DNA from: Amphiscolops sp. MND2022
Taxonomy: Eukaryota
Length of the DNA: 64,000 nucleotides
Assembly (NCBI GenBank): GCA_964187785.1
Contig: OZ076413.1
Coordinates: 46,006,001-46,070,000 of the forward strand
Reading direction: 5' to 3'
Every line of letters starts with the position of its first letter. Positions within the stretch are counted from its first letter, which is position 1. Position numbers and translations under genes: made by a program. A model generated the notes under the pieces. The model saw only the letters and a program-made list of their open reading frames with translations. It had not been told where the DNA came from and did not search any database. Shown here one piece after another: positions 10,439 to 21,205 of the stretch.

Positions 10439-10733
10439 CCTTTTCATTTTAGTTGTCCCCATTTTTCCTTTGCCCTCAGTTCTTGTAACAGTTTTTGTAA
10501 CAACCCTTGGAAGAGCCTTGAAATGCTCTCGAGATGTTAATTTGTCATGTTGTTCACTCAAGGTTTTGTTCTAGTTCGTTAGTTAGTTAGAGTTAGATTT
10601 TAAGTTTATAGTGGCCCCTTTATGGAGCCGGCGTTGCCTGGCTGCAATTGAAGGACGAACCGACTCACGGCTCGTTCCAGAGAGAACTTGTCCCTGTAAG
10701 TTTAACAGTGGTCCTTTTTAGACCTATGCATTA

Positions 10734-13700
10734 ATGGCCCATTGCCCAAACAATTCAGCGCCTGCAACCGGGTCTAATAGTGCAAGGCCCCAGGAATCTG
10801 CGCGAGCGCAGAGGGTCAATCAGGCCCAATATGTCGAAGAAAGGCTGCGGGACGGTCTTTCGCCAGTAGCCGTAGCTGGAGTGGCCGCCCTATTGACCCA
10901 GCTTGAATCGATGCAAATGCTGCCAAATGCATCTTTGTCAATCACCACGGAGGTAGCAAGCTATCGTCGCACCTTGACGTGCACCAACAATGCCTGGGAT
11001 GGGCACGACCTGACTCACCAGTTCTTGGACGAAAGATCAATCGCAGTGCATGGCCCCAGCCAGGGCACCAGATTCGAACAAGAAACATCACTGCGTATGA
11101 TGCCCGTCAACGTCCCATCGCTGCCTTCCATTGCGGCACCAAATCCAGTGCAGACGACGCCGCATTCTAGCTCGATTGCTCATGGGGCACCATATGGAAC
11201 CCGGGCAACGACGACGCAGAACATTACCAATCAACCTGCCTCAAGTCGGGAGCCCTCGGGGTCCCAACCGCCATCAGTGCCTAATCTAAATCTGATTGGA
11301 CGGAGTCCCAGCGAGCAAGCGGTGATTGTGGCCCTGCAGGCTGTCGCCAACTACCCCAACTCCTCTGACTTCGTTCGTGCCGTTGAGCAAAGGATTCCCG
11401 GATTGACACATTACTTGCAAGCTGCCGCTCAGCCCTCGGGCTGCGTCACCCCACCCACCACCCTAGCCGAAACTGTGTCTATGGAAGCAGAAACTACGGC
11501 TGGACCAAGCACCAGCGCCATGACCTATCCCCGTGAGGAAACTGGCCGGAAGCGACTTACTGAGGAAAATATCGTCGCTACACGCCATGATTCCGTGACC
11601 GACACACCGACCAGTCGTCCCCCTCCGGACAAGCGAGCAGATGTACCCCACCAGTCGCAGATGAAAAGTGTGGTGGTCGTGAGGCCTCCATATCGCGTCG
11701 GCCACCTAGGCGTAGGCGCGCCTCAGATGTCCCTGGAAGAGGCCATCAACCGCTACGGCAGTGTGGAGGCGAATCCTGAAACGAGTCCTGTGCCCTCGGG
11801 CACAGGCTCTGCCAACATGTCCTTGGAGGTGTCCGAGACAATCGATGAGAACAATCCTCCCGCCTTTCTTCCCCCATCCGATGACGTATCCGGCACAGTG
11901 GTGACTGGCGATAGCAAACGCATCTGGATGGCGGCGGAGTGTTTGTACCCGAACACGTGTGCGATCAGAAGGAGGGCACCGCCGTCTGACGCCGACCAGA
12001 AAGAAGTGAGCAGAATCACCATTGCGGCTCAGATAACTCGGTCGCTACGTGCCCGTGATGCGGACATGAGTGAGCAAGCCTGGGAACAGCGTGCTCGAGA
12101 GCAACTGCCCGCGACACCCAACAATTATATGGCTTGCCTGCAGCATGACCTCACCGAGCAATTTCCTGCTAGGTACATGTTGCACGAAGGGGAAACCTGG
12201 GAAGCCAACGCCCGCTATGCTCGCAACATCAAATCAATGAAGCCCCTTCTGAAAGCGGCCCTGCAGCGTGCGCGCTACTGTGTGGCAGTAGACTCGACAC
12301 TTAGGAGTGATCTCCCCATCGACAACCTTCTGCCCGATGTGCTGGTATTAACGATGCCACTCTCCCGCTTCGCTGAGGTTGCCGAGATGGTCGCGGTCAT
12401 GTATGACCCTAACTTGAGAGGGTCTCTAAGAGAGCCGCCCCCGCGACGTGTAGTCTTCACAAATCTGATAGACCACATGGCTTGTGAAGGGGTGCTACGC
12501 AACCTGGATGCCCTCATGGCAGATACCCGCAGACCTGGGAGTGTGGCGTCCTTAGTGAACGTGGTTGCAGATGCAATGGAGCGTGCAGCAGGGATCCTTC
12601 GGGGTCGTCTGGGAGCGCTCGCGCTCTTCGCATCCCCGCCGGGATTCATGTATTGGCAACGAAGCTTGCAGCAATTTGTGTACATCCTGTCCGAGGTATG
12701 CAAAGCGCGCCGAATCGAGTTCGCTATTTGCGCGCCAAATCTGCGAGTTGATCGAGGAGACCTACGCCCCGACGCATTGTCATACCCCGCCTTCTTTGCT
12801 GCCGTGTCAAGAGTACTAATCGCTGTGGAACGATCAGGAAATGCACAACTGACTATCGACGACGCCATACTGTTCGATCATGGAATGTGTATGGGGCGAA
12901 TGGCCTTCGATTTGGACGGGAATCGCGTCATGCGAGCATCCAACATGAGTGAACGAGAGGCCGTCCGACGATACAACTGGCTGGTGCGGAAGGACAAAGA
13001 AATTCCCGTACGAGCAGAGCTGGCAGAGCTCGTGAAGGAAATTGAGACCTGGCCTGCCACACGCACGGTCGAAAGGACCATTCCCCAGATTCGGTTTGCC
13101 GCGGGAATAGAACCCGTCAAGTTGCCCGTGGGCATGAGGTACGTCGTGGCTATAGAGGCGACCAACCTGAAGGCTGAAGTAGATGCCGCCGGAATAACGT
13201 ATGCCGAATGGTATCAGTCCAGATTCGTGGACAGGACCCTGGCCGAGGTAGCTCAAGAGCTTAACTGTCCCTTGGAAGCCTTTTGTACCAGTCTCGGACT
13301 AGGCTGGAACATCGACGTAATAGCCTCTGAGTACTTGCTCACCAATGTGCAGACCGACAAATTGTTGGAAACCATCGGCGAAGCTACTGTAGGAGAGATG
13401 TTAGCGCTCGCGCTAGCCATGGGCCCGACGAAGTTTGTGGCAGGTCCCCTTGCTATGTTAGTCGAGTTGGTAGTGTCCAGTGATCTAGTTACCTTCTACA
13501 GCTACCTGATCCTCGCGCAGGGACAACTACGCAGCCTAACTCGATGGGGTCACCTCCTAAATTCCAAGGACCAGCAAGATTATGTCGCCCAGCTGGAACG
13601 CATGCGTGCGTCCCTCCAACATTGGTTGTACTCCACCCTAGTGTTCGCCTCTGGCTTATTCGTAGGCGTGGATCAATCGCAACCCCTCCACCATTCCGAG

Positions 13701-15014
13701 CGTCAACTCCCTGCGGAAACGGCGGGATTCCCCATGCCCCAACAAATCGCCGATTTGACTCTGGCCGAAGTGGAGGACTTCGTGGCCGTTATGGCTTCCG
13801 TCCTGGCTCCAATCTTCGGTGCGGTCGGTGTGTGCCGGTATCCCACCAAACCACTGGCGAGAACAGTACAGGTGCATATGGTCTCCTTCTGCACCTATCT
13901 CCAAGGACGGCCCCCACTAACCTATCAGCGAATCGTGCAGGCTGTATTGAGTGGCGAGATGCCGCACGGGTACACCACCTTGAAGTCGGAGAAACAACTA
14001 GAAGAGAATTTGATGGGTCTGTTGCGTGCCCGCACACGAAAAGCGTGCCCTTTGCCACGAGAATACGGCCCAGTCAACTGGTACTCCGCACCTCTCAGCC
14101 TGAATGGAGTCCCCTTTAGATTCCCCTGGTCGCAGGAATTCATACGCAAGGTGATCCGAGCCAGCATTAGTGCTGGTCCACCTGTAGATCCCCTGTACGC
14201 TTTCAAATGCATCACTTTCCCAAATCACTACTGGAAGGAGCCACTGGGATGGCCTAGGGCAAAACCCGTTGGTCGCGCCCCTGAAGCCTTCAATCGACAA
14301 ATCCAGTATATGGAATTGACTCAAATCCCAAACTGGATTGAAGGAGCAGCTCAGACTCGTCAGAGGAACCTGCAGAGCCGTGTGACTCCGTTCCCAAGAA
14401 AAGCTGCCTGGCGACCGCAAGCCAAGATGACGATGTCCGGGGATATGTCCATCGTCCAGCACGATGAGATTAATTCTGTGCTAGGCTCTGAAGCCCGCGC
14501 AGAGTGGGAAGGACATTGTTTGGAGCTGGAAATTGCCAGCTTCCCCAAATGGAAGCGAGCTTGCGAGCTCTGGAGTCAGCCTGGCTGGGTCTCCAAGCGG
14601 ATATCCTTGGCCGTGGAGAGTAGAGCTGAACTCGAGAGACAACAGGCGTTCGCGCCTACCATGCTGGCACCCACAATGGCCATGTCACTAAGTCAGCCCA
14701 TCGACCGACCCGTGACCCTGGATTTGCCCACTCATATCCTGCAGGCAGAGCCTGTGAGTCCACCCTCGACACAAGCCAGTCCTCAGTCATCGCAACCCCA
14801 GACCGGAGAACACGACGCTGAACTGACCCCCAGCACTATCCTGGTGCAGCCAATCGCTGATTTGACGCTCCCAGAGGACCTGTCCGACTCGGAAACAGTA
14901 GTTACTGTGGTTCCTGCTCAACGCAGAGCGTCAGTTGCGTCGGAAGATACCAGCAATCCAGGAACTCCCGATGATGCCATAAAGAATCGAGCTCGACGCA
15001 GCTCAGCCCAATAA
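10734..15014 (+). CDS. Accessory ORF2 (1426 aa) in the env position; disordered ends and a central SGNH/GDSL-like fold; function unknown
   Basis: Long intact ORF between pol and the PPT; fragments in copy B are highly similar in protein while third codon positions differ. Confidence 0.88.
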   Translation: MAHCPNNSAPATGSNSARPQESARAQRVNQAQYVEERLRDGLSPVAVAGVAALLTQLESMQMLPNASLSITTEVASYRRTLTCTNNAWDGHDLTHQFLDERSIAVHGPSQGTRFEQETSLRMMPVNVPSLPSIAAPNPVQTTPHSSSIAHGAPYGTRATTTQNITNQPASSREPSGSQPPSVPNLNLIGRSPSEQAVIVALQAVANYPNSSDFVRAVEQRIPGLTHYLQAAAQPSGCVTPPTTLAETVSMEAETTAGPSTSAMTYPREETGRKRLTEENIVATRHDSVTDTPTSRPPPDKRADVPHQSQMKSVVVVRPPYRVGHLGVGAPQMSLEEAINRYGSVEANPETSPVPSGTGSANMSLEVSETIDENNPPAFLPPSDDVSGTVVTGDSKRIWMAAECLYPNTCAIRRRAPPSDADQKEVSRITIAAQITRSLRARDADMSEQAWEQRAREQLPATPNNYMACLQHDLTEQFPARYMLHEGETWEANARYARNIKSMKPLLKAALQRARYCVAVDSTLRSDLPIDNLLPDVLVLTMPLSRFAEVAEMVAVMYDPNLRGSLREPPPRRVVFTNLIDHMACEGVLRNLDALMADTRRPGSVASLVNVVADAMERAAGILRGRLGALALFASPPGFMYWQRSLQQFVYILSEVCKARRIEFAICAPNLRVDRGDLRPDALSYPAFFAAVSRVLIAVERSGNAQLTIDDAILFDHGMCMGRMAFDLDGNRVMRASNMSEREAVRRYNWLVRKDKEIPVRAELAELVKEIETWPATRTVERTIPQIRFAAGIEPVKLPVGMRYVVAIEATNLKAEVDAAGITYAEWYQSRFVDRTLAEVAQELNCPLEAFCTSLGLGWNIDVIASEYLLTNVQTDKLLETIGEATVGEMLALALAMGPTKFVAGPLAMLVELVVSSDLVTFYSYLILAQGQLRSLTRWGHLLNSKDQQDYVAQLERMRASLQHWLYSTLVFASGLFVGVDQSQPLHHSERQLPAETAGFPMPQQIADLTLAEVEDFVAVMASVLAPIFGAVGVCRYPTKPLARTVQVHMVSFCTYLQGRPPLTYQRIVQAVLSGEMPHGYTTLKSEKQLEENLMGLLRARTRKACPLPREYGPVNWYSAPLSLNGVPFRFPWSQEFIRKVIRASISAGPPVDPLYAFKCITFPNHYWKEPLGWPRAKPVGRAPEAFNRQIQYMELTQIPNWIEGAAQTRQRNLQSRVTPFPRKAAWRPQAKMTMSGDMSIVQHDEINSVLGSEARAEWEGHCLELEIASFPKWKRACELWSQPGWVSKRISLAVESRAELERQQAFAPTMLAPTMAMSLSQPIDRPVTLDLPTHILQAEPVSPPSTQASPQSSQPQTGEHDAELTPSTILVQPIADLTLPEDLSDSETVVTVVPAQRRASVASEDTSNPGTPDDAIKNRARRSSAQ

Positions 15015-15768
15015 ACCCTGCCGCCAATGGGAGCGTTCGCGCTCCCTATAGACTCTAAACCCTACCGAAACTGTGCCTTCGAACTTATTGCTTTAGCCGG
15101 TGCTACCCCTACATGGTGCAATTTTTTGTTCATAGTTATTACTTAGTTATTGTACTGTTAGTAATGCGCTGGGTGTACGGTCAATAGAGTGCACCTGCCC
15201 CAGCTGCTTCGCCTACAAAGTAAAAAAGAATCTATTACCAAAGAAAAACTGTTATTTCTGTTGCGCACCGTTCGCGGTGTTTTTGAGTTGCCATGATCTA
15301 GAAAAAGTCTTAGCCTTTTAGTTACGATTTTTGCCGTTTTTTTTTGTGTTTTGGTGCACAAGCACCTTCTATCGACTGTCTAAGGAGTAGCCGAAGCGGC
15401 GCGCTCCCAAAAGAAGTTTTATGTTGTCCGAAATTGATCGAAAACTGTAAATGACAAGTTGCACGGAAAAGGAAATTTTAGCTGACCTTGGTCGCAAAAG
15501 AATTTTTAGCGAAAACTGCTTGCCCAAACGAGTTTTAACCGACTGAAAACCTTAGCTCTCGAGCTGGTGCTAAAACCTCGTTTGCACTTTTTGTAAAAAT
15601 ACTAGGCAGTAAAATTTTCTTTGAAAAAAACAGCGAAATTTGTCAAAAATAGTTGCTGAAAAACAAGGACTCGTCCTTGTCCCCTGTGGTGTGGATGATG
15701 ATCCCCAGCAGTCTCAGCGATGCCGTTTCCAGACGAGGCCAGATGCCGCTTGCCAGGGACGACAAGCC

Positions 15769-15785
15769 AGAAGCCCGGGGAGTGA
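15769..15785 (+). promoter_or_regulatory. Polypurine tract of copy A
   Basis: AGAAGCCCGGGGAGTGA directly before the LTR; copy B has AGAAGCCAGGGGAGTGG at 20467-20483 (-). Confidence 0.8.
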
Positions 15786-16506
15786 TGTAACGGCAACTGC
15801 CCATGTCAAAATTTTCGAAGCAAAAATTCGTTCAAATCTGACGTGGCACTCAAACATGCTCCAGACGAAAGACCTGTCAAAAAAGCAGATCAGAAATCAG
15901 AAATCGCCCCCGCGAGAGACGACGAGAAGAGAAGACGTAAAAAAACAGTCCCTAGAACACGGTGAAGTGCCCATCTTTGGTCTTTGGCGTTTACACTACA
16001 TAGGCAATAGAAACCGGTGTTCCAGATGCTCGCCTGAAGATCCTGCGGCGTCCTGTGCGGTGACGAGCGCTAGCGCTGGGAAGCCATGGTCAATTCGCTC
16101 CTACTAAAAACTCAAACTTCCGATATTGTTGTGCTTGTTGTGCTTTCCTTGTTGTAGTAGATTGATATGCTCGAGAGCTGCCCATTTACATCTATGGTTA
16201 CCCCTTTTTGATGTCGATTTTATCAGATTCTCCAATACTATGGCTCAACATCCTCCTGTTTTCAGCCCCCTTTTTAAAGGCTAATTGAGCAGTGGTCTTG
16301 AGACATGCAAGATGCCCGTTACTTTTAGCAGTTACAGACTAGGACCAGGCCAGAGAGTTTCCAACAAGACGGTTCCCCCACCTTGGGACTGGCTCCTTCG
16401 GAGGGAAAATGAGCTAGGGCCGCGGAGATCTAAGTCCCAGATTATATTCGCTGTTCTAGTTCCTCCATTCTACGTTGCGGTTCAAGCGCCAGCGCTTATC
16501 GTTACA
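15786..16506 (+). repeat. 3' LTR of copy A (721 bp)
   Basis: TGTAACG...CGTTACA termini; homologous to 19750-20466 and 37295-38012. Confidence 0.95.
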
Positions 16507-16592
16507 AAAGCTTTCAAAGCGCAATACATTTCAATTTATTTCATTCACAAAAAAATCTCAGGAGCAAAAAATTGATCAGAATTACAACAGTA

Positions 16593-17024
16593 CCCTAGTC
16601 GAGGTTGCTTGAACTTTTTACATGCTGCATGGAAACATGTAATCTAATTTTTTATAAAACATATATTCAGTTTCTCATGTAAGTACCTTATGTAATCACC
16701 GTTAGTCAGATAGCACGCTGAATATGACGCTACTTTGAAACTTATAATGTGACTGAAATTCGTTTGCATTGAAAGCGCGGTAAAATTCATTAAGGTCTCA
16801 GCTGCTTTCAAAATTAGAACGACGTCTTTATGAAACCTGCAAAACGTCGCGGCGCAGAATTGCCGCCAATTTTAAGATGCATCTTATAGGCAGCTTGATA
16901 AAATTAAATCGAATCAGTGAAGATTTAATGCATGGACATTTCTTTGAGAATTTTATAAAATCATGGAAAATTAGCTTGGTAACATACAAAAACATATAAA
17001 AAGTTCAAGCAGTTCCAACCAGGG
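16593..17024. mobile_element. Non-autonomous TIR element (MITE), 432 bp
   Basis: Imperfect TIRs CCCT...TGCTTGAACTTTTTA / TAAAAAGTTCAAGCA...AGGG, TA on both flanks; longer inverted copy at 43463-44011. Confidence 0.8.
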
Positions 17025-18889
17025 TATGGTCTGTTACGAATCGAAGCAAAATTTTAAGAGGTTTTTCAAGTGTATTCTGAGGAGTTATGGAATTTTTCGG
17101 GGCTTTATTGCGCAAAATCTCGCAAACTACTGATCAGGAGAAAATCCTCTTCCGATCATTTTTGTAGCCTCAACAACGTTCTTCAAATTTTGTAGTTTAC
17201 AATTTCACTGAAAACATTCTGTTGAGAAAATAGAGTAAAAATTGGGTAAAATTTACATTCTCTGATCATTTTGCTGTGTAACTTTCTAAGAGGCGCGTTT
17301 CCAGAAAGAGTGGAAGGTCAAAAGTCATAGATCTGAATCAAAGGTTCAAAGTTCGTCGCTGGTTGTTTTTGTAACGACCAGCAGTTTTCGAAATATTGCA
17401 TGATAGTTTTGTAAAATGCTCAAAGTCAAAAATAGACTGTTATAACTTTATTTTTTTGAGATTTGGTTGAAAATTGTCAAAAAACCTCTGATTAGAAAAT
17501 TGTAGTTTTGAGCAAGGAACAATTTTCGCAATTGCAAAACTAAAGAAATCTTTCACGTTAATATTGCATGTTTACACCTAATTACTGGTTTGCTCCACAA
17601 TGTACAGACTTCCGGATTTATTATGAACTTTGAACTTTCGAAGCATCCAATCTGTCTGAATGGCATGTATTTAACCTGCTTGCAAACAGCCTGTTGCCAA
17701 CAAATATTAGAAAAAACTCTGTCTCAACTTGAAAACGTCATAAAATTATTTCTAAAAGTCAAGAAGTGACCTGAAATATTATTTGTTTAAAAAAAACAAA
17801 AGACTAGTCATTGGTCAGCATTCTAATAGGTATACGTTACACGAAAAAATATAAAATTTGAGCTTCCGGCCCAACATCCTCATTGATTGACGAGGCCAAA
17901 TTTAATACCGTATAGGGCATTTAGACGGAGTATTGGTGAAACAAGTTATTGAAAGCTCACCGAATGTTCCAAATAAATATTTCGATATACATTTGTAAAA
18001 ATTTAGAAATCACTTATTTTCAGACAAAACCGGCATTTCCAGAGGTTGCTCTCCAATTCAGTCAACTTAACCCCCATTTTCCTTGACGTATCTAGCAGAT
18101 GAAAAATGACATTCATTACGACGCTTTTTGAAAAGAGCGGATGCATTTTATAAAGCTTGGCCCAGGATTCCACTGCTCAAACGGCTCAACTTTGAGCCGC
18201 ACAAAAAGAGTAGGGTTATGCGTCGTAGTGTTGCAACATCAACTGTCCAAGATTGCAGAAACTTTTCACTTTTCAATGCCAGCTCACACTTTGTCAACGT
18301 TCCGGAAGTGAACAAACGTTTTAGCTGAAATCTGATTGTTTATTGACTTTGGACATATGAAATAGACACTCACTCATAATGTGGAAAGTGTGGTTCATGA
18401 TTCTTTAGACGTCATATACGACAAAACGAATGAGCGTTCATTTCAGCTGTCTAAAGTTATTATGCCATTCAGATTTCCATGAATAGTAAAATTGTTACAA
18501 AATATTGGATAAGGGTCAGATTTTAGTACCAAATTTATGAAACGGTTTTCACAAGAAAGATCAATTATTTCCTACGAGAGCGGCCGTCCCAAGTTGACCC
18601 CATACTCAGTGTCGCAACCGCACCATTGGAGCCGTGGGGCAGTCTTGAGAAAGAAAAATGGCAGCAAACCCAGTACATCGAGACAGTATTAACTCTACCA
18701 ACGTATTTTTAGTCGGCGCTTCATGAAGTGAAACGCGACTATTATAGTGGCTTTTCTTTTTTTTCAATCCACACGAACTGACCAAAATAGTTCTGCAAAA
18801 GTTCTACAAAATATTTTTGCACCAAATTGCACTATTTGGTCTAGCGAACTGAACCAAAAAGGTTTTTCCTGTTTTCCCGCGTAACATAC

Positions 18890-19096
18890 CATACCCGGCG
18901 AGACCAAAGGGTCCCCCTAAACGGGCCCCGGGGCGCCACTCGATTCATTTTTTTGAGTATGTAATTTTTTCGAAACTTTTTTCCGTAAAATTTTCGATTT
19001 TCGAGTACTGTAAAAGAGAATACTTGACACTTGGAAGTTTTTTTGCTATTTTTGATCCTTGGATATGGCGCCGACTTGGGCCAGTCACAGCTTGTT
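18890..19096. repeat. Fragment of an interspersed repeat ending GATATGGCGCCGAC...CTTGTT
   Basis: Terminus shared with 42290-42687 and, inverted, with 39250-39751. Confidence 0.6.
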
Positions 19097-19749
19097 AATG
19101 TAATTGAAAGTCATGTAATTTTTGTACACTGTGAATATATTGTAGAATAAGTTTTACTATAGGTCGAGTAATTCTCAATCATTTGTACGTATTCATTTTC
19201 ATTCTTCATTTGATTGAAAAGGTCATCCATAATTGCTGGTTGTAACTCTGTTTGAAACTCGACTAAATCTTCCAGACCTTATTATGCGTCAATCTACAAG
19301 TTGATGTATGTCGAATAGGCGTGTCAATACATTTTTGATATGTTCATTATACTGCAGTCGCTGTGTTTTGATGATATAAACATACGTGAAAATGCGTATT
19401 TCGAAATAGATATGTATGTCATCATACGTATATAGGTGAGGTGTATAAACAACAATATATGTTTTTCCACTTTGTGCTATTATACGTGTTTCGGGATAAC
19501 GAATATACGCGTTTGTACGTTTTTACTCTATGCTGCATTATGCGATATTTAGAATTACTTATGTGCGGCGCTATACATATTTAACCTTTGATGCTACATA
19601 TCATCATGCAGGCAGACAGAAATTTGTCCGACGCTTTCTCAAGTGCTGATGGAACGCTACTATGCGTATTTCTTCTACCGCTTGTTTACAACTCCTTGAT
19701 TAATACTAAATACCATAAATTCGGTGAAATTGTCCTATTTTGAAAGTCA

Positions 19750-20466
19750 TGTAACGATAAGCGCTGGCGCTTGAACCGCAACTTAGAATGGAGGAACCAG
19801 AGCAGCGAATAGGATCCGGGACCTAGATCTCCGCGGCCTTAGCTCATTTTCCCTCCGAAGGAGCCAGTCCCAAGGTGGGGGAACCATTTTGTAGGAAACT
19901 CTCTGGCCTGGTCCTAGTCTGTAATTGCTAAAAGCCACAGGCATCCTGCATGACTCAAGACCACTGCTCGACTAGCCTTTAAAAAAGGGGGCTGAAAACT
20001 AGAGAAGGTTGAGCCATAGTATTGGAGAATCTGATAAAATCGACATCGCCAAATTGGGTAAATACAGATGTTAAGGGACAGCTCTCGAGCATATCCATTT
20101 ACTGCAAGGAAAAACACTATAAAATCAAGAGTTTGAGTCATTTGATGGAAATTGACCTCGGCTTCCAAGCGCTAGCGCTAGTCACCACACAGGACACCGC
20201 AGGGATCTTCAGGCAAGTATCTGGAACACTGGTTTCTGCTACTAAAGTAGTGTCAATCTCCCAGGGATGGGCACAATACCGTGTTCTACAGAAGGGATAG
20301 ACGTCTAAAAAGTCGTCTCTTGCGCTCGTTCTTTGCGGGCGGCGACCTCTGCTTGTTGTAGTACGATTTTCTGGCAGGTCTTTCACCTTTAACATGTTTA
20401 GGTGCCACGTCAGATCTTGAACGAATTTTTGCATCGAAAATTTCGATGTGGGCAGTTGCCGTTACA
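19750..20466 (-). repeat. 3' LTR of copy B (717 bp)
   Basis: TGTAAC...GTTACA; PPT adjacent at 20467-20483. Confidence 0.95.
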
Positions 20467-21205
20467 CCACTCCCCTGGCTTCTGGTTTGTCGTCCCTGGC
20501 AAGTGGCATCTGGCCTCTTCTGGGAACTGCGTCACACTGACTGCTGGGGACCATCATCCACATATCAGAAGACAAGGACGAGTCCTTGTTTTTCAGCAAC
20601 CATTTTGGTCAATTTTCACGGTTTTTCTCAAAGAAACTCCTACTGCCTAGGTATTTTTACAAAAACGCGAACGAGGTTTTAGCACCAGCTCGAGAGCTAG
20701 GGTTTTCAATCGGTTAAAACTCGTTCGGGCAAGTAATTTTCGCTAAAAACTCTTTTGCGACCAAGGTCAGCTAAAATTTTTTTGAAGGTTCAGTATTTGC
20801 AGTTTTCAGTCAATTTCAGGCGATTTAAAACTTTTTTTAGGAGCGCGCAGGCTCACTCACGCACCAAGCAATTGATAGAGGACACTAGACAAAAAAAACT
20901 GTAATTAAAAAGGCTAAAACTTCTTTTTGACTATGGCAACTCAAAAACACCGCGAACGGTGCGCAACGAAAATAGCAGTTTTTCTTGAGTAATAGTTTCC
21001 CTTTTTTGCTCTGTAACTCAAGCAACTTGGGCAGGCGCACTCCATTGACCGTACACCCAGTGCAACACCAACATCATACTAACTATATAACTAAAAACAA
21101 AAAATTGCACCAAAAAAGCAACGAGTTCAAAGGCACTGTTTTTGGCACAGCATGGCTAAATTTTGAGTCTGCAGGGAGCGCAAACGCTCCCTTCAACGGC
21201 AAAGT

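Larger units (their letters stand above)
1..16506 (+). mobile_element. Large Ty3/Gypsy LTR retrotransposon, copy A (5' LTR and PBS lie upstream of the window)
   Basis: Gag-PR-RT-RH-IN order, extra ORF, polypurine tract and TGTAAC...GTTACA LTR at 15786-16506; collinear in inverted orientation with copy B. Confidence 0.95.

Noticed and set aside
17100..18800. Coding remnants in the spacer between copies A and B
   Set aside because: Frames are interrupted by stops and show no recognisable motif
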